Shown: piece after piece, positions 17,120-26,045 of the stretch
Position numbering within the stretch: position 1 is the first letter of the stretch
Layout: each line of letters starts with the position of its first letter
Assembly: GCA_041288095.1 (NCBI GenBank)
Contig: JBGGMJ010000057.1
Location: 1-27,492, forward strand
DNA: 27,492 bases
Direction of reading: 5' to 3'
Source: Myxococcota bacterium
GTDB taxonomy: Bacteria; Myxococcota; XYA12-FULL-58-9; JALHOP01
The notes under the pieces: model-generated
Told to the model about the DNA's origin: nothing
Seen by the model: the letters and a program-made list of their open reading frames with translations, nothing else
Databases searched by the model: none
Position numbers and translations under genes: made by a program

Positions 17120-17680
17120 ATGCGCATCGCCCAACTCCTCCCGATTCTGGCAGCGACCTTCATCTCCATCCCGGTAGCCGCTCAAGAGAGTGTGCCCGCT
17201 CCAGCGGAAATCGCGGGGACCGCGCCGACCGGCTCACGCAAGCAGTACCCGGCGCTCGGCGGCCACTTGGGCTTCGCGGTGCCCATCGCGACCATCTCGA
17301 AGAACACGACCGTGATGGGGGACGACTTCTTCTCGCTCGGCCTTACTCCGGGCCTGACGGTTCACCTCGACGACAAGTGGGCGATCGACTTCGAGTTCAT
17401 CGCCTTCAACGAGATCAAGAACACACCGTCGGCCACCACCTTCGTCGTCGACCCGGGTGTCATTCGCAAGTTCGACGGCTTCGTCGCCGGTCTGCGCGTC
17501 GCATCGCGTGTCGGCGGTCCGACCAACGTCGGTATCGTGCCGATCGTGGTGCTGCCCATCCGCATCTCCGAGACCCTGGTCTACTTCTTCGAGGCCGATT
17601 TGCCCGTGTTCTTCACCGACAACGGGTCCGGCGCGCAGGCCAGCGCCACCTTCCTGTTCCAGTCAGGCTTCGGCTTCTGA
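17120..17680 (+). CDS. Exported protein, putative small outer-membrane beta-barrel
   Basis: Signal peptide MRIAQLLPILAATFISIPVAAQ, amphipathic beta strands, terminal Phe (QSGFGF). Confidence 0.65.
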   Translation: MRIAQLLPILAATFISIPVAAQESVPAPAEIAGTAPTGSRKQYPALGGHLGFAVPIATISKNTTVMGDDFFSLGLTPGLTVHLDDKWAIDFEFIAFNEIKNTPSATTFVVDPGVIRKFDGFVAGLRVASRVGGPTNVGIVPIVVLPIRISETLVYFFEADLPVFFTDNGSGAQASATFLFQSGFGF

Positions 17681-17733
17681 ACGCGTAGCCAATCGTTCGT
17701 GCGCCGGGGAGATTCCGAGTAGTCTTCCTGGCC

Positions 17734-20700
17734 ATGCCCCCATCCGCTCGCGTCGTACTCCTCGCCGCGTTCGCCGTCTCATGCTCCGTCGACCTAGCGA
17801 CGCCCGCCGACGTCCTCATCACCTGCGACAGTAACGAGCAGTGTCCAGCGACATATCGCTGCTCGTCCCAGCTCGGGCGCTGCGTGCCGGGTGGCCAGGA
17901 GGACGTTCCGCCGCGCATCGTGAACCTCACCGCGGTGGTCGAGCGTGACGTCGGCGCGACGCCCGGCACCCCGGTCGAGGCCGCGGCGGTGGGCTCGACG
18001 GTGCGCGTGCGCTTCCAGGTGGACGAAGAAGTGCTCGAGGCGCCCATCGTGCGGCTCACCTGGCCCGACACCGATGACGGGTTTTCGCGGCAAGCAGCCG
18101 CCAGCCCAACGTCGACCGGCTACGAGATGGTGACCACTATCGCGGCCACGGATCCCATTGGCGCGGTTTCGGTTTCGGTCATCGCCATCGACCTCGCGAG
18201 CAACGTCGGCAATGCCGAGCTGCCGCGCCACTTCCTGGTCGACACCAGCTCCTTCTTGCTCAGCTCGGTGAGCCTGCGACCGCGCTCGCCGGTACCGACC
18301 GAGCTCACGGCGATAGGCGTCGATGTGACCGTGGCCCGCAACGAGCTGCCCGGCATCGCCGAGATCGAAGCGCAGCTCATCTTCAGCAAGCCGCCAAGGC
18401 AAACCCCCGAGGTGACGCTCGAAGGACCGGGAGGCAGCATCGTCGGTACCGTCTCGGCGCTCGCGACGACATCGTTTTCGGTGACCTTCGAGATCGACGA
18501 CGATCTCGCGACAGCCGCGAGCGGCGACGTCTTCGAGCTCTTCATAACGGCCCACGACGCCGCCGGCCTGCCTTGGGAGCTCGAGCCGACCAACAACCTG
18601 CCCACCGTCGTCATCGACACGGAGCCGCCGGTCATGCCCGCGAGCCTGCGCTTCTTGCGCGCGCCGTGGGGAGCCGGCAGCGCCTTGCCCGAACGGAGCT
18701 TCGCGGTCGAGAGCACGACGGCCGGCGCCGTCGTCGGCTCGGCGAGCAGCGGCAGCCCCGACCGTTTGTTCGTGCACGACGCCGAAGGAGTGGGCAGAGC
18801 GCGCCTGGGTTTCGCCTCGCTCTCGGCCTCGGGTGTCCTACCCGGCGACCGTCTCGCGCTTGCCACCGTGGATCGGCTCGAGGTTTTCGCGACTCTCATC
18901 GATGACGCCGGCAATGAAGGTCCGACCCTGCGCGTCGCCGACGGGCGCTGGGTTGCCACGTTCAAGGACCGGACGACCGGCAACGACTTTCTCAATCCCA
19001 ACCGCCTGACGCGCGTCTCGGAGCCGAGCAGCGCGCTCGCCGACGGCCTCGCCACCGAAGCCGCGACAGCGGACATCTCCAGGGTGTTTCTCGCCGATGG
19101 GCAGCGCTTTACGCACAGCGTCCGCTCCGGCGTCTGGCGCTTCCGGCGGCTTGGCTCACCGCCGTCGCAAGCGGCGGGTGGCGGCGTGTACGTCCCGTCG
19201 TCCGACAAGGTGCTGCTGGTCGGCGGCTCGAGCGACGACTCCATCTTTCCAAACATGTGGGATTGGGATGGCCGCGACTGGCGCGAGCTCGATCTCATCG
19301 GCACGCTGTGGCCGGGCGAAAACTTCGGCCCGGCGCTGACGCACGACTCGGCCCGCGACCGGACCATCTACCACGGCGGCACCGCCACGGCGGTTCCGCT
19401 GACGCGGACGTGGGAGTACGACGGGACCACTTGGTTCGATGTAACCCCGACCACGCCGGGTCCGCCGTCGGTCTTCGCGCCGATGGTCTACGATGCGGGC
19501 GCCGGGGTCAGCGTGCTGTATGGCGCGCTCGAGGAGCCCGTCGCCGGTGTCTGTCCCGCGGGGGGCTTGCCGCAAGCCCTCGTCGACTTGTGCGTGTCGA
19601 CGACGACCTGGCTGTGGGACGGCTCGTCATGGGAAGCCGTGCCGTGCCCGGGTGGCGTTTGCCCGCCACCGCGCGCCTTTACCTCGATGGCCTATGACCC
19701 CGAGAGTCGGCGCGTCGTCCTCTTTGGCGGATCGACCAGCTTCGGGGGCGGCGCGAACCTCGGCGATTTGTGGGAGTGGGACACGCTGACGCGCACCTGG
19801 GACGACGTCACGCCGGTGAGCGGTCTGACTGCGTCGGCCCGTCGCTCGGCCATCATGTCCTACGTGGGCGGCTTCGGCGGCGTCGTCATCTGGGGCGGCT
19901 GCGAAACAGGGGAGTTTTTCGACTGCGCGCGCGATGCCGACATGTCCGACAACATGGAGGACATCTTGGTGTGGAAGGGATCCGCGGCGACACCATCCTT
20001 CGGTGAGGTGGACGCCGGCATTCCTTCCGGGCTTTCGACGCCTTTGGTCAGCCGCGGCGTTGGCCAAGCGGCGTACCTACCAGCACGCGACCGCATGCTC
20101 GTCTTCGGCGGCGTTCGCCAGCTCAATGTGGCTCCGGTCGTGGACTGCTCGCCGCTGTTCGACGGCGCCTGTGACGGCGAAGACCCGGACACCAAGACCG
20201 CCCAAGGTGGCGGCGAGCGCTGCACCTGCGCCTTCGACAGCGGTTGGATGTTGCGCCCAACCAGCGCGACCACTGGCGCCTGGACCCAAGTTGCCGCCGA
20301 GAGCGCGGTTCATTCACCGACGACCGCGTTTTCGATGACGTACTCCGCCGAGCATCGGCGCGCCTTCATCTTCGGGGGTCGCCTCGACAACGACGGTGAC
20401 TGCGACGGCGCGGCCGATAACGATTCCAACAACAACTGCCACAGCCTCTGGAGCTGGAACGGCATCTCCGTGCGCCCCGAGCCCGTGGTGGGCACCACCA
20501 ACATCGTCGACACCCTGAGCTGCGGCGCTTCCGACGATCCGACGCCGTGCGGCGAGACCGAGCAAGCTTCCACGTACCTGCCGCTCGCCCGCCGCATCGC
20601 CTTCTTCGACCGGCCGGGTGCCTTCGGTCCCGGTGGCTTCAATCGCGGACTATGGCTTTACGACCCTAGTGCAGCTTCGTTCGCGCCGCCGGCGGCCGAA

Positions 20701-21930
20701 GCGACCGAAGCGCAAGCACCGCCCGAGACCGAAGGGTACGGCATCGCGACCTCGGTGACGGGTCCCGGTGCCGGCACCAATGAGGACGTGTTCCTCTTTG
20801 GTGGCTACGTCGGTTTCCCGTCATGCGCGACTCTGAACACCCGCTATGGCGTTGGCCCGGGCACGCAGCCTTACGGCACGCCCGCCGGGGGTGGTGGTTG
20901 TGTGTCTCGGGCCTTGTGGCGCTGGAGTGCGGGCAGCTGGCAGTTGTTCTTGCCCCCGACTGGTGTCACCGCCTGGCCGAGCCCCCGCTCCAAGATGAGC
21001 ATGGTGGAGATTGGCGGTGGCCGACTCTTGCTCTACGGCGGCTGCACCGAGCTCAACAACAGCGACTGCTCGACCGTGGCGGCTTCACCTGTGAGCGGCG
21101 ACACCTGGGTGCTGACGCCGGGGCCGTCGCCGACCTGGACCTGTGTGTCCGGCTCGAGCCCGGGTTGTCCGGCGCCGACCACCGGTGATCCCGGCCCACT
21201 CACCGGCTCGCGCCTCGCGTGGGACGGCGAATCGCAGCGCGTTTTCATGTATGGCGGCTCGGCGCAGGGCGAAGGCCCCGGCCCGAACACCGTCTATAGC
21301 TGGCGCGAGCAACAACCGCCGGTGCTGCCGGTCCAAGGCTCGTGGAGCGAGATCGTCGTCGACGGCGTCAGACCCCTCACGCGCAAGCGCCACGGCATGG
21401 TGTTCGACCCGGATCGCAACGTCCTCATCGTCGCGGGCGAAGGCAGGCCGGGGGAGATCTGGGAGCTCGGCTTCGACCGGCAAAACCGGCCCGTCATGGT
21501 GTTCGACTTCGCTCTGCGCGCCGCCGGCCTGTCCGAGGTCGCCGGTGTCGCGAGCGCGAGCGAGGTCGTCGAGCGGGTGCGCTTCGTCGCCGACGTCACC
21601 GCGAACAGCTTCGACCAGACCGGCGTCCCCGTGGATGGGATCTTCGTCCAGATGTGGAACAGCCCGCTCGCGCGCTGGTTCGACGTCGGGCAGCCCTTCG
21701 AACCCGGCGGCAACTTCGCCGGCAGTTGCGCCTTCGACACAGACGCTGTCCGCTCTGGCAGACAGGTGGTTTGTACCCTCGACGAGGAGGAAGCCCGCGC
21801 CATGGTGTTCGCCGGCGACGACCATGTCTACGTGCGCATGGCGCCGTCGGGTGGCGTCGGGCTCGACGGCCAGGAATCCGTGCTCTCACTCGATGCCGTG
21901 CGGCTCGAGGTCGAATACGCGCTGCCCTGA
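17734..21930 (+). CDS. Giant lipoprotein: Cys-rich N-motif, Ig-like domains, Kelch-like beta-propeller repeats
   Basis: Lipobox-like FAVSC, CDSNEQCPATYRC...C motif, Ig-like DLASN/DDAGN/IDTEPP, and repeated (M)AYD...VVLFGG...DLWEWD...W blades. Confidence 0.8.
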   Translation: MPPSARVVLLAAFAVSCSVDLATPADVLITCDSNEQCPATYRCSSQLGRCVPGGQEDVPPRIVNLTAVVERDVGATPGTPVEAAAVGSTVRVRFQVDEEVLEAPIVRLTWPDTDDGFSRQAAASPTSTGYEMVTTIAATDPIGAVSVSVIAIDLASNVGNAELPRHFLVDTSSFLLSSVSLRPRSPVPTELTAIGVDVTVARNELPGIAEIEAQLIFSKPPRQTPEVTLEGPGGSIVGTVSALATTSFSVTFEIDDDLATAASGDVFELFITAHDAAGLPWELEPTNNLPTVVIDTEPPVMPASLRFLRAPWGAGSALPERSFAVESTTAGAVVGSASSGSPDRLFVHDAEGVGRARLGFASLSASGVLPGDRLALATVDRLEVFATLIDDAGNEGPTLRVADGRWVATFKDRTTGNDFLNPNRLTRVSEPSSALADGLATEAATADISRVFLADGQRFTHSVRSGVWRFRRLGSPPSQAAGGGVYVPSSDKVLLVGGSSDDSIFPNMWDWDGRDWRELDLIGTLWPGENFGPALTHDSARDRTIYHGGTATAVPLTRTWEYDGTTWFDVTPTTPGPPSVFAPMVYDAGAGVSVLYGALEEPVAGVCPAGGLPQALVDLCVSTTTWLWDGSSWEAVPCPGGVCPPPRAFTSMAYDPESRRVVLFGGSTSFGGGANLGDLWEWDTLTRTWDDVTPVSGLTASARRSAIMSYVGGFGGVVIWGGCETGEFFDCARDADMSDNMEDILVWKGSAATPSFGEVDAGIPSGLSTPLVSRGVGQAAYLPARDRMLVFGGVRQLNVAPVVDCSPLFDGACDGEDPDTKTAQGGGERCTCAFDSGWMLRPTSATTGAWTQVAAESAVHSPTTAFSMTYSAEHRRAFIFGGRLDNDGDCDGAADNDSNNNCHSLWSWNGISVRPEPVVGTTNIVDTLSCGASDDPTPCGETEQASTYLPLARRIAFFDRPGAFGPGGFNRGLWLYDPSAASFAPPAAEATEAQAPPETEGYGIATSVTGPGAGTNEDVFLFGGYVGFPSCATLNTRYGVGPGTQPYGTPAGGGGCVSRALWRWSAGSWQLFLPPTGVTAWPSPRSKMSMVEIGGGRLLLYGGCTELNNSDCSTVAASPVSGDTWVLTPGPSPTWTCVSGSSPGCPAPTTGDPGPLTGSRLAWDGESQRVFMYGGSAQGEGPGPNTVYSWREQQPPVLPVQGSWSEIVVDGVRPLTRKRHGMVFDPDRNVLIVAGEGRPGEIWELGFDRQNRPVMVFDFALRAAGLSEVAGVASASEVVERVRFVADVTANSFDQTGVPVDGIFVQMWNSPLARWFDVGQPFEPGGNFAGSCAFDTDAVRSGRQVVCTLDEEEARAMVFAGDDHVYVRMAPSGGVGLDGQESVLSLDAVRLEVEYALP

Positions 21931-21933
21931 CGG

Positions 21934-23358
21934 CTACTGCTTGAGCGCCGCGACGCCTTCGCGCTGCACGGCTTTCGATAGCCGACCGAGCCCGTCGTAG
22001 GCCGCGTATTTGTAGGCCTCGGAGAGCGTCGGGTAGTTGAAGACGTTCTGAATGAAGTAGTCGAGCGTGCCGCCGAGGTTCATCGCGCACTGGCCGATGT
22101 GGATGATCTCGCTCGCGCGGTCGCCGATGATGTGGACGCCCAGGAGCTTCAAGGTCGCGGTGTCGAAGACGAGCTTCAACATGCCAGACTCTTCGCCCAT
22201 GATCTGACCGCGTGCGTTGTTCGCGAACATGGCGCGCCCGACCGCGTAGGAGAGCTTCTTCTCCTTGCACTCCTCCTCGGTGAGTCCGACGCTCGAGACC
22301 TCGGGAATGGTGTAGATGCCGAGCGGCCATTGATGCGCGAGGCGCTCTTTGTAGTGCAGCTCGAAGGCGTGGCACATGGCGACGCGCGCCTGCTCCATCG
22401 AGGTGCTGGCGAGCGCTGGGAAGCCGATGACGTCGCCGGCGGCGTAGATGTTGGGAACGCTGGTTTGGAAGTGCTCGGTGACCGATAGAGCGCCGCGCTT
22501 GTCGACCGCGATGCCGACCTTGTCGAGACCCAGGCCGGCGGTGTTGCCGTTGCGGCCGGCGGCGAAGAGCAGCGAGGTGACGCAGAAGTCCTCGCCGGTT
22601 TCGATCTCCACGGCGAGCTGGTTATCGTCGATGCGCTTGACCGCTTTGACGGACTCTCGCATCAATAGTTGCACGCCGAGCTCCATCATCTGCTGGCGCA
22701 GCACCTCCGCGATTTCGCGGTCGAGAAAGGGCAAGATGGTGTCGCGGTTGTCGAGCAGTACGACGCGCACGCCCATGGCCGCGAAGATGGTGGCGTACTC
22801 GCAGCCGATGACGCCACCACCGATGATGCACAACGACTTCGGCATGGCTTGGATGTCGAGGATGGTGTCGCTGTCGAAGACCTGTGGGTCGGTCCAGGGC
22901 AGGTAGTCGGGGCGGAAGGGCGTGCTGCCCGTCGCGATCAACACCTTGTCGGCGCCGATGTCCTGCGACTCGTTGCCGCGCGTCACCCGTAGAGTGTGCG
23001 CGTCGATGAAGCTCGCGCGCCCCGAGATGACGTCGATGCGGTGCCGGTCGCAATTGCGGATGATGCGCTCGACCTCGCGGCGAACGACGGCGTGGCGGCG
23101 ATACATGAAGTCCTGCACCGAAACGTCACGCTTGATGAGGTAGTTCACGCCGTAGAGGCCGCGCGATTTTACCCCCGACAGGTAGAGCGACGACTCGCGC
23201 AGCGTCTTCGAGGGCAGGGTGCCGGTGTGGACGCACACACCGCCGGGCTGTACCCGTGACTCGATGACGGCGACGCGCTTGCCGAAGTAGGCGGCTTGCG
23301 CCGCGCCCTTTTCGCCGGCTGGGCCCGAGCCGATGACGACCAGATCATATTGGGGCAT
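21934..23358 (-). CDS. sthA: Soluble (Si-specific) pyridine nucleotide transhydrogenase
   Basis: GSGPAGE, GGVCVHTGTLPSKTLRE (CxxxxT instead of the CxxxxC of lipoamide dehydrogenase), GDVIGFPALASTSMEQ and FNYPTLSEAYK. Confidence 0.93.
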   Translation of the reverse strand: MPQYDLVVIGSGPAGEKGAAQAAYFGKRVAVIESRVQPGGVCVHTGTLPSKTLRESSLYLSGVKSRGLYGVNYLIKRDVSVQDFMYRRHAVVRREVERIIRNCDRHRIDVISGRASFIDAHTLRVTRGNESQDIGADKVLIATGSTPFRPDYLPWTDPQVFDSDTILDIQAMPKSLCIIGGGVIGCEYATIFAAMGVRVVLLDNRDTILPFLDREIAEVLRQQMMELGVQLLMRESVKAVKRIDDNQLAVEIETGEDFCVTSLLFAAGRNGNTAGLGLDKVGIAVDKRGALSVTEHFQTSVPNIYAAGDVIGFPALASTSMEQARVAMCHAFELHYKERLAHQWPLGIYTIPEVSSVGLTEEECKEKKLSYAVGRAMFANNARGQIMGEESGMLKLVFDTATLKLLGVHIIGDRASEIIHIGQCAMNLGGTLDYFIQNVFNYPTLSEAYKYAAYDGLGRLSKAVQREGVAALKQ

Positions 23359-23448
23359 CCCCGCATGGTACCCCTGTGCTTCAGCGCATCCCAGGACATG
23401 TCAGCCCGGCAGTCACCTGTTCGGGGACTCACGCCGATACACCCGGCC

Positions 23449-23787
23449 ATGAGAAGAATAGCCGACCGTAGCGCTAGCCAGCAGTTGTGGAACGAAGCCG
23501 CCCGCGGCCGCGAGACCAGTCTCAGCCCTTCGCCTGCCGACAGGTTCACGGCCAAGGCCTTTGGCAAGGCGTGGTTCGTCTCGGCGGAGATGGAGCGCCC
23601 GCGCGGTGGCCGCCGTGTCGGTGGCAAAGTCGCCCGTCGTCCGGAACGACTCGAAATCACGGTGCGTGCCGGCGGAAGCGCCGCGGCTCGGGTCATGCTC
23701 GCCGAGCTCGGTATCAGCGGCGCTACGATCAACGAGATGCGCCGCATCCCCGGCGGCCACGGCTACAGCGACGGCAAGCGCCGCTAG
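23449..23787 (+). CDS. Small basic hypothetical protein
   Basis: Fills the gap between sthA and the GGDEF gene. ATG at 23449, stop overlapping the convergent GGDEF stop. No family recognised. Confidence 0.45.
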   Translation: MRRIADRSASQQLWNEAARGRETSLSPSPADRFTAKAFGKAWFVSAEMERPRGGRRVGGKVARRPERLEITVRAGGSAAARVMLAELGISGATINEMRRIPGGHGYSDGKRR

Positions 23788-24803
23788 GCGATCTCGAGCT
23801 CGCCCTGGCCGCGTGCGCGCGCCTTGGCGAGCATGTCGTCCGCGATAGCGACCAAGTCGGGAGCGCTCGTCGGCAATGAGGTCGCCGGCCGTTCGGCGGT
23901 TGGGAAGCCGATGCCGCCGATGGACGCCGACATCTGCACGCCGTGGTAAGCCTTGGTGGCGATGGCGGCGCGGACGCGCTCGGCGACGTCGCGCAGGCGC
24001 AGGTTGATGGCGGTCCCTTCCTCGGGCGGCAGTAGCACGGCGAACTTGTCGGAGCCGTAGCGCGCAACCAAGCCGTCGGCGCGAGCCACGTCCTGGATGG
24101 TCATGGCGATGTCGATGAGCGCGCGGTCGCCGGCTTCGGCACCCGCGGCGATATTGACGCGCTTGAAGGCGTCGACGTCGAGCAAGAGCACGCCCGCCTG
24201 CATCGAAGCGCTGACCTCGCGCATGACCTTGCTGAGCTGCTGGATGAAATAGCTGTTGTTCGGCAGGCCGGTGAGTGGGTCGTTGGTGGCCCGCTCGAAC
24301 AGACGCGCGTTCTCGATGGCCGCGGCAGCGTGATCGGCGAGCATCTCGAAGGTCCGGCGGTTGGTGTTCGTGAACACCTTGTCGAGTGAGGTGCGACCGT
24401 CGGCGTAGATGACGCCGAGCGACTCGTTGTCGGTGGCGAGCGGTACGCAGACCATCATCTTCAAGCGCAGCTCGTCGATGGAGCGGCGCGACGCCAGGTC
24501 TTCCTGGGTCGCGGTATCGGTGGCGAAGACCGGCTTCTTCTCGCGGAAAACCCGGTTCGCCATCGAGGAGATCTTGGTCTCGGACTCGCTGATGTCCTTG
24601 CCAGCGGCGGTGCGGCCGACGCGCTGCACCAGCTTGCCGAGGTCGCGGTCCTGCAAGAGCAAGAAGCCGCGGTCGGCTTCACATGCTTCGATGAAGGCGT
24701 CGGTGACGAGAGAGAGCAAGCGGTCGAGGTCGCGCGTCGCGAGCATGCTGCGGCTCACCTTGAGGAGCCAAATCAGCCGTTCGTCGAATGATTCCTGAGC
24801 CAT
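23784..24803 (-). CDS. GAF-GGDEF domain protein with atypical active site (GSDKF)
   Basis: GAF (CVPL...LGVIYAD...LADHAAAAIENARL), DPLTGLPN, LLDVDAFKRVN, ARYGSDKF and SASIG. Confidence 0.88.
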   Translation of the reverse strand: MAQESFDERLIWLLKVSRSMLATRDLDRLLSLVTDAFIEACEADRGFLLLQDRDLGKLVQRVGRTAAGKDISESETKISSMANRVFREKKPVFATDTATQEDLASRRSIDELRLKMMVCVPLATDNESLGVIYADGRTSLDKVFTNTNRRTFEMLADHAAAAIENARLFERATNDPLTGLPNNSYFIQQLSKVMREVSASMQAGVLLLDVDAFKRVNIAAGAEAGDRALIDIAMTIQDVARADGLVARYGSDKFAVLLPPEEGTAINLRLRDVAERVRAAIATKAYHGVQMSASIGGIGFPTAERPATSLPTSAPDLVAIADDMLAKARARGQGELEIA

Positions 24804-24833
24804 CGGGGGCGGGTATACAGCGACGCCGGGGCC

Positions 24834-25352
24834 TTAGCTAGCGGGCTCGACGTAAAGCGTCGCCAGAGCGCGCTCGAAGACGTCGACGTGATCGGCGTAA
24901 GCGGCGGCGGGCGCGGTGAAGCTGACGTCGATGACGTAGGGGGCGAGGTCGAGCAGCACCCCTAGCCGATGGCGCGGCTCCGCGAAAACCGTGAAGCTCA
25001 CGGCGTAGCACAGGCCCAGCATGTCGCCCGCGACGCAGGGTGCGTAGGTCGGTGGCATGCTGTCGCCGATCGCGGGGTGCTCGTAGGCCGCTCGCAGGAT
25101 CTCCGCGAAGCGCGTCTTGTCGCTCGGACGTAGCGCTTGGATGGACAACGTCGTGTAGTAGGCGGGGGTACCCTCATCGCCACCGGCCACGACCCCAGTG
25201 GTGGCTCGGGTCGTGTGCCAGTTGGGTGGCACCGCGACGCTGACACCGGCCTCTTCGTGCACCAACCAGCCCTCTTGGAGCCAGCGCATCGGCGGGGCCG
25301 TGGGAGCGCAGCCGAGGAGAACGGCCGTGCAGGTGGCGAGCAACATCCGCAC
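24834..25352 (-). CDS. Hypothetical lipoprotein (possibly PsbP/DcrB-like fold)
   Basis: Lipobox LLGC, GVSVAVPPNW and a C-terminal FERALATL pattern. Start at 25352 or 25346. Confidence 0.6.
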   Translation of the reverse strand: MRMLLATCTAVLLGCAPTAPPMRWLQEGWLVHEEAGVSVAVPPNWHTTRATTGVVAGGDEGTPAYYTTLSIQALRPSDKTRFAEILRAAYEHPAIGDSMPPTYAPCVAGDMLGLCYAVSFTVFAEPRHRLGVLLDLAPYVIDVSFTAPAAAYADHVDVFERALATLYVEPAS

Positions 25353-25395
25353 GACCGCTGCCTACATCACGGCCGGACATGATACAAAGTATCGA

Positions 25396-25713
25396 ATGGC
25401 GGATGACGATCGACGGGTCGAAGCGCGACTGGGCCTCATCGGCCGAGGCTCAGCGACGACGCCCGAGCGGATCGCCGATCTCGAGGCCCGGGCCCGTGAG
25501 TCGGAGAGGCTCAACAAGGCAAAGCCGACCAAGTCGTTCGCGGCGATGGTGAATACGCAGGCGACGCCCGAGCCGGAGAAGAAGAAGCCCGCTCGCCAGA
25601 AGAAGGAGCGCGAGCTCAAGAGCACGCCACGTCCGGGCCTTGCGCACCCCAGCCAGCGTCAGACCTTCGGTCGTGAGGACGCGAAGGACGATACGGTCGT
25701 TCTGAAGGGCTAA
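25396..25713 (+). CDS. Small charged hypothetical protein (105 aa)
   Basis: ATG at 25396 is in frame with ORF 25198..25713 and avoids overlap with the divergent lipoprotein. Lys/Arg/Glu-rich, ends TVVLKG. Confidence 0.65.
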   Translation: MADDDRRVEARLGLIGRGSATTPERIADLEARARESERLNKAKPTKSFAAMVNTQATPEPEKKKPARQKKERELKSTPRPGLAHPSQRQTFGREDAKDDTVVLKG

Positions 25714-25721
25714 GGCTCGCT

Positions 25722-25943
25722 CTAGCGGGCGAGCGCGATGGCGTTTGCTTCGTTGACCCGGGCTTTGACCAGCGCCAGCTGGCGCGCAATCGCGGCGTCG
25801 ATGACCTCGTCGCCGGCGCGGTCGTAGCTCTTCTTGGCTTGTGCTTTCGCGGAGCTGCCCTCGTCAGCGACGATGACGACAGCGGCGGCGGCGACCGACA
25901 TGGTGAGGCATCCAGCGAAGAGCGCGGCTAAGATGTTTTTCAT
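25722..25943 (-). CDS. Small exported or membrane-anchored hypothetical protein (73 aa)
   Basis: MKNILAALFAGCLTMSVAAAAVVIVA hydrophobic N-terminus. AGGG-type RBS and a sigma70-like promoter upstream. Confidence 0.6.
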   Translation of the reverse strand: MKNILAALFAGCLTMSVAAAAVVIVADEGSSAKAQAKKSYDRAGDEVIDAAIARQLALVKARVNEANAIALAR

Positions 25944-25998
25944 CGATTCGTCCCTACGGAAGCCATCCACGCACGGCTGGTGTGTGGAGGTAGGTTCG

Positions 25999-26027
25999 AT
26001 GGTAAGAAGGCGCCGCAAGCCCGTCAA
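25999..26027 (-). promoter_or_regulatory. Sigma70-type promoter TTGACG-N17-TACCAT
   Basis: Minus strand -35 at 26027-26022, -10 at 26004-25999, exact 17-nt spacer, pointing at the 73-aa ORF. Confidence 0.55.
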
Positions 26028-26045
26028 AAAAGCCGCCCCTCATTG

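Noticed and set aside
17794-22375. Many long overlapping antisense and alternate-frame ORFs (also throughout the window)
   Set aside because: Expected shadows of high-GC coding sequence, with low-complexity Arg/Ala/Ser translations and no motifs.
21934-23358. Dihydrolipoamide dehydrogenase call
   Set aside because: It lacks the second redox Cys (CVHTGT) and has YPTLSE in place of HPTxxE, which fits SthA.
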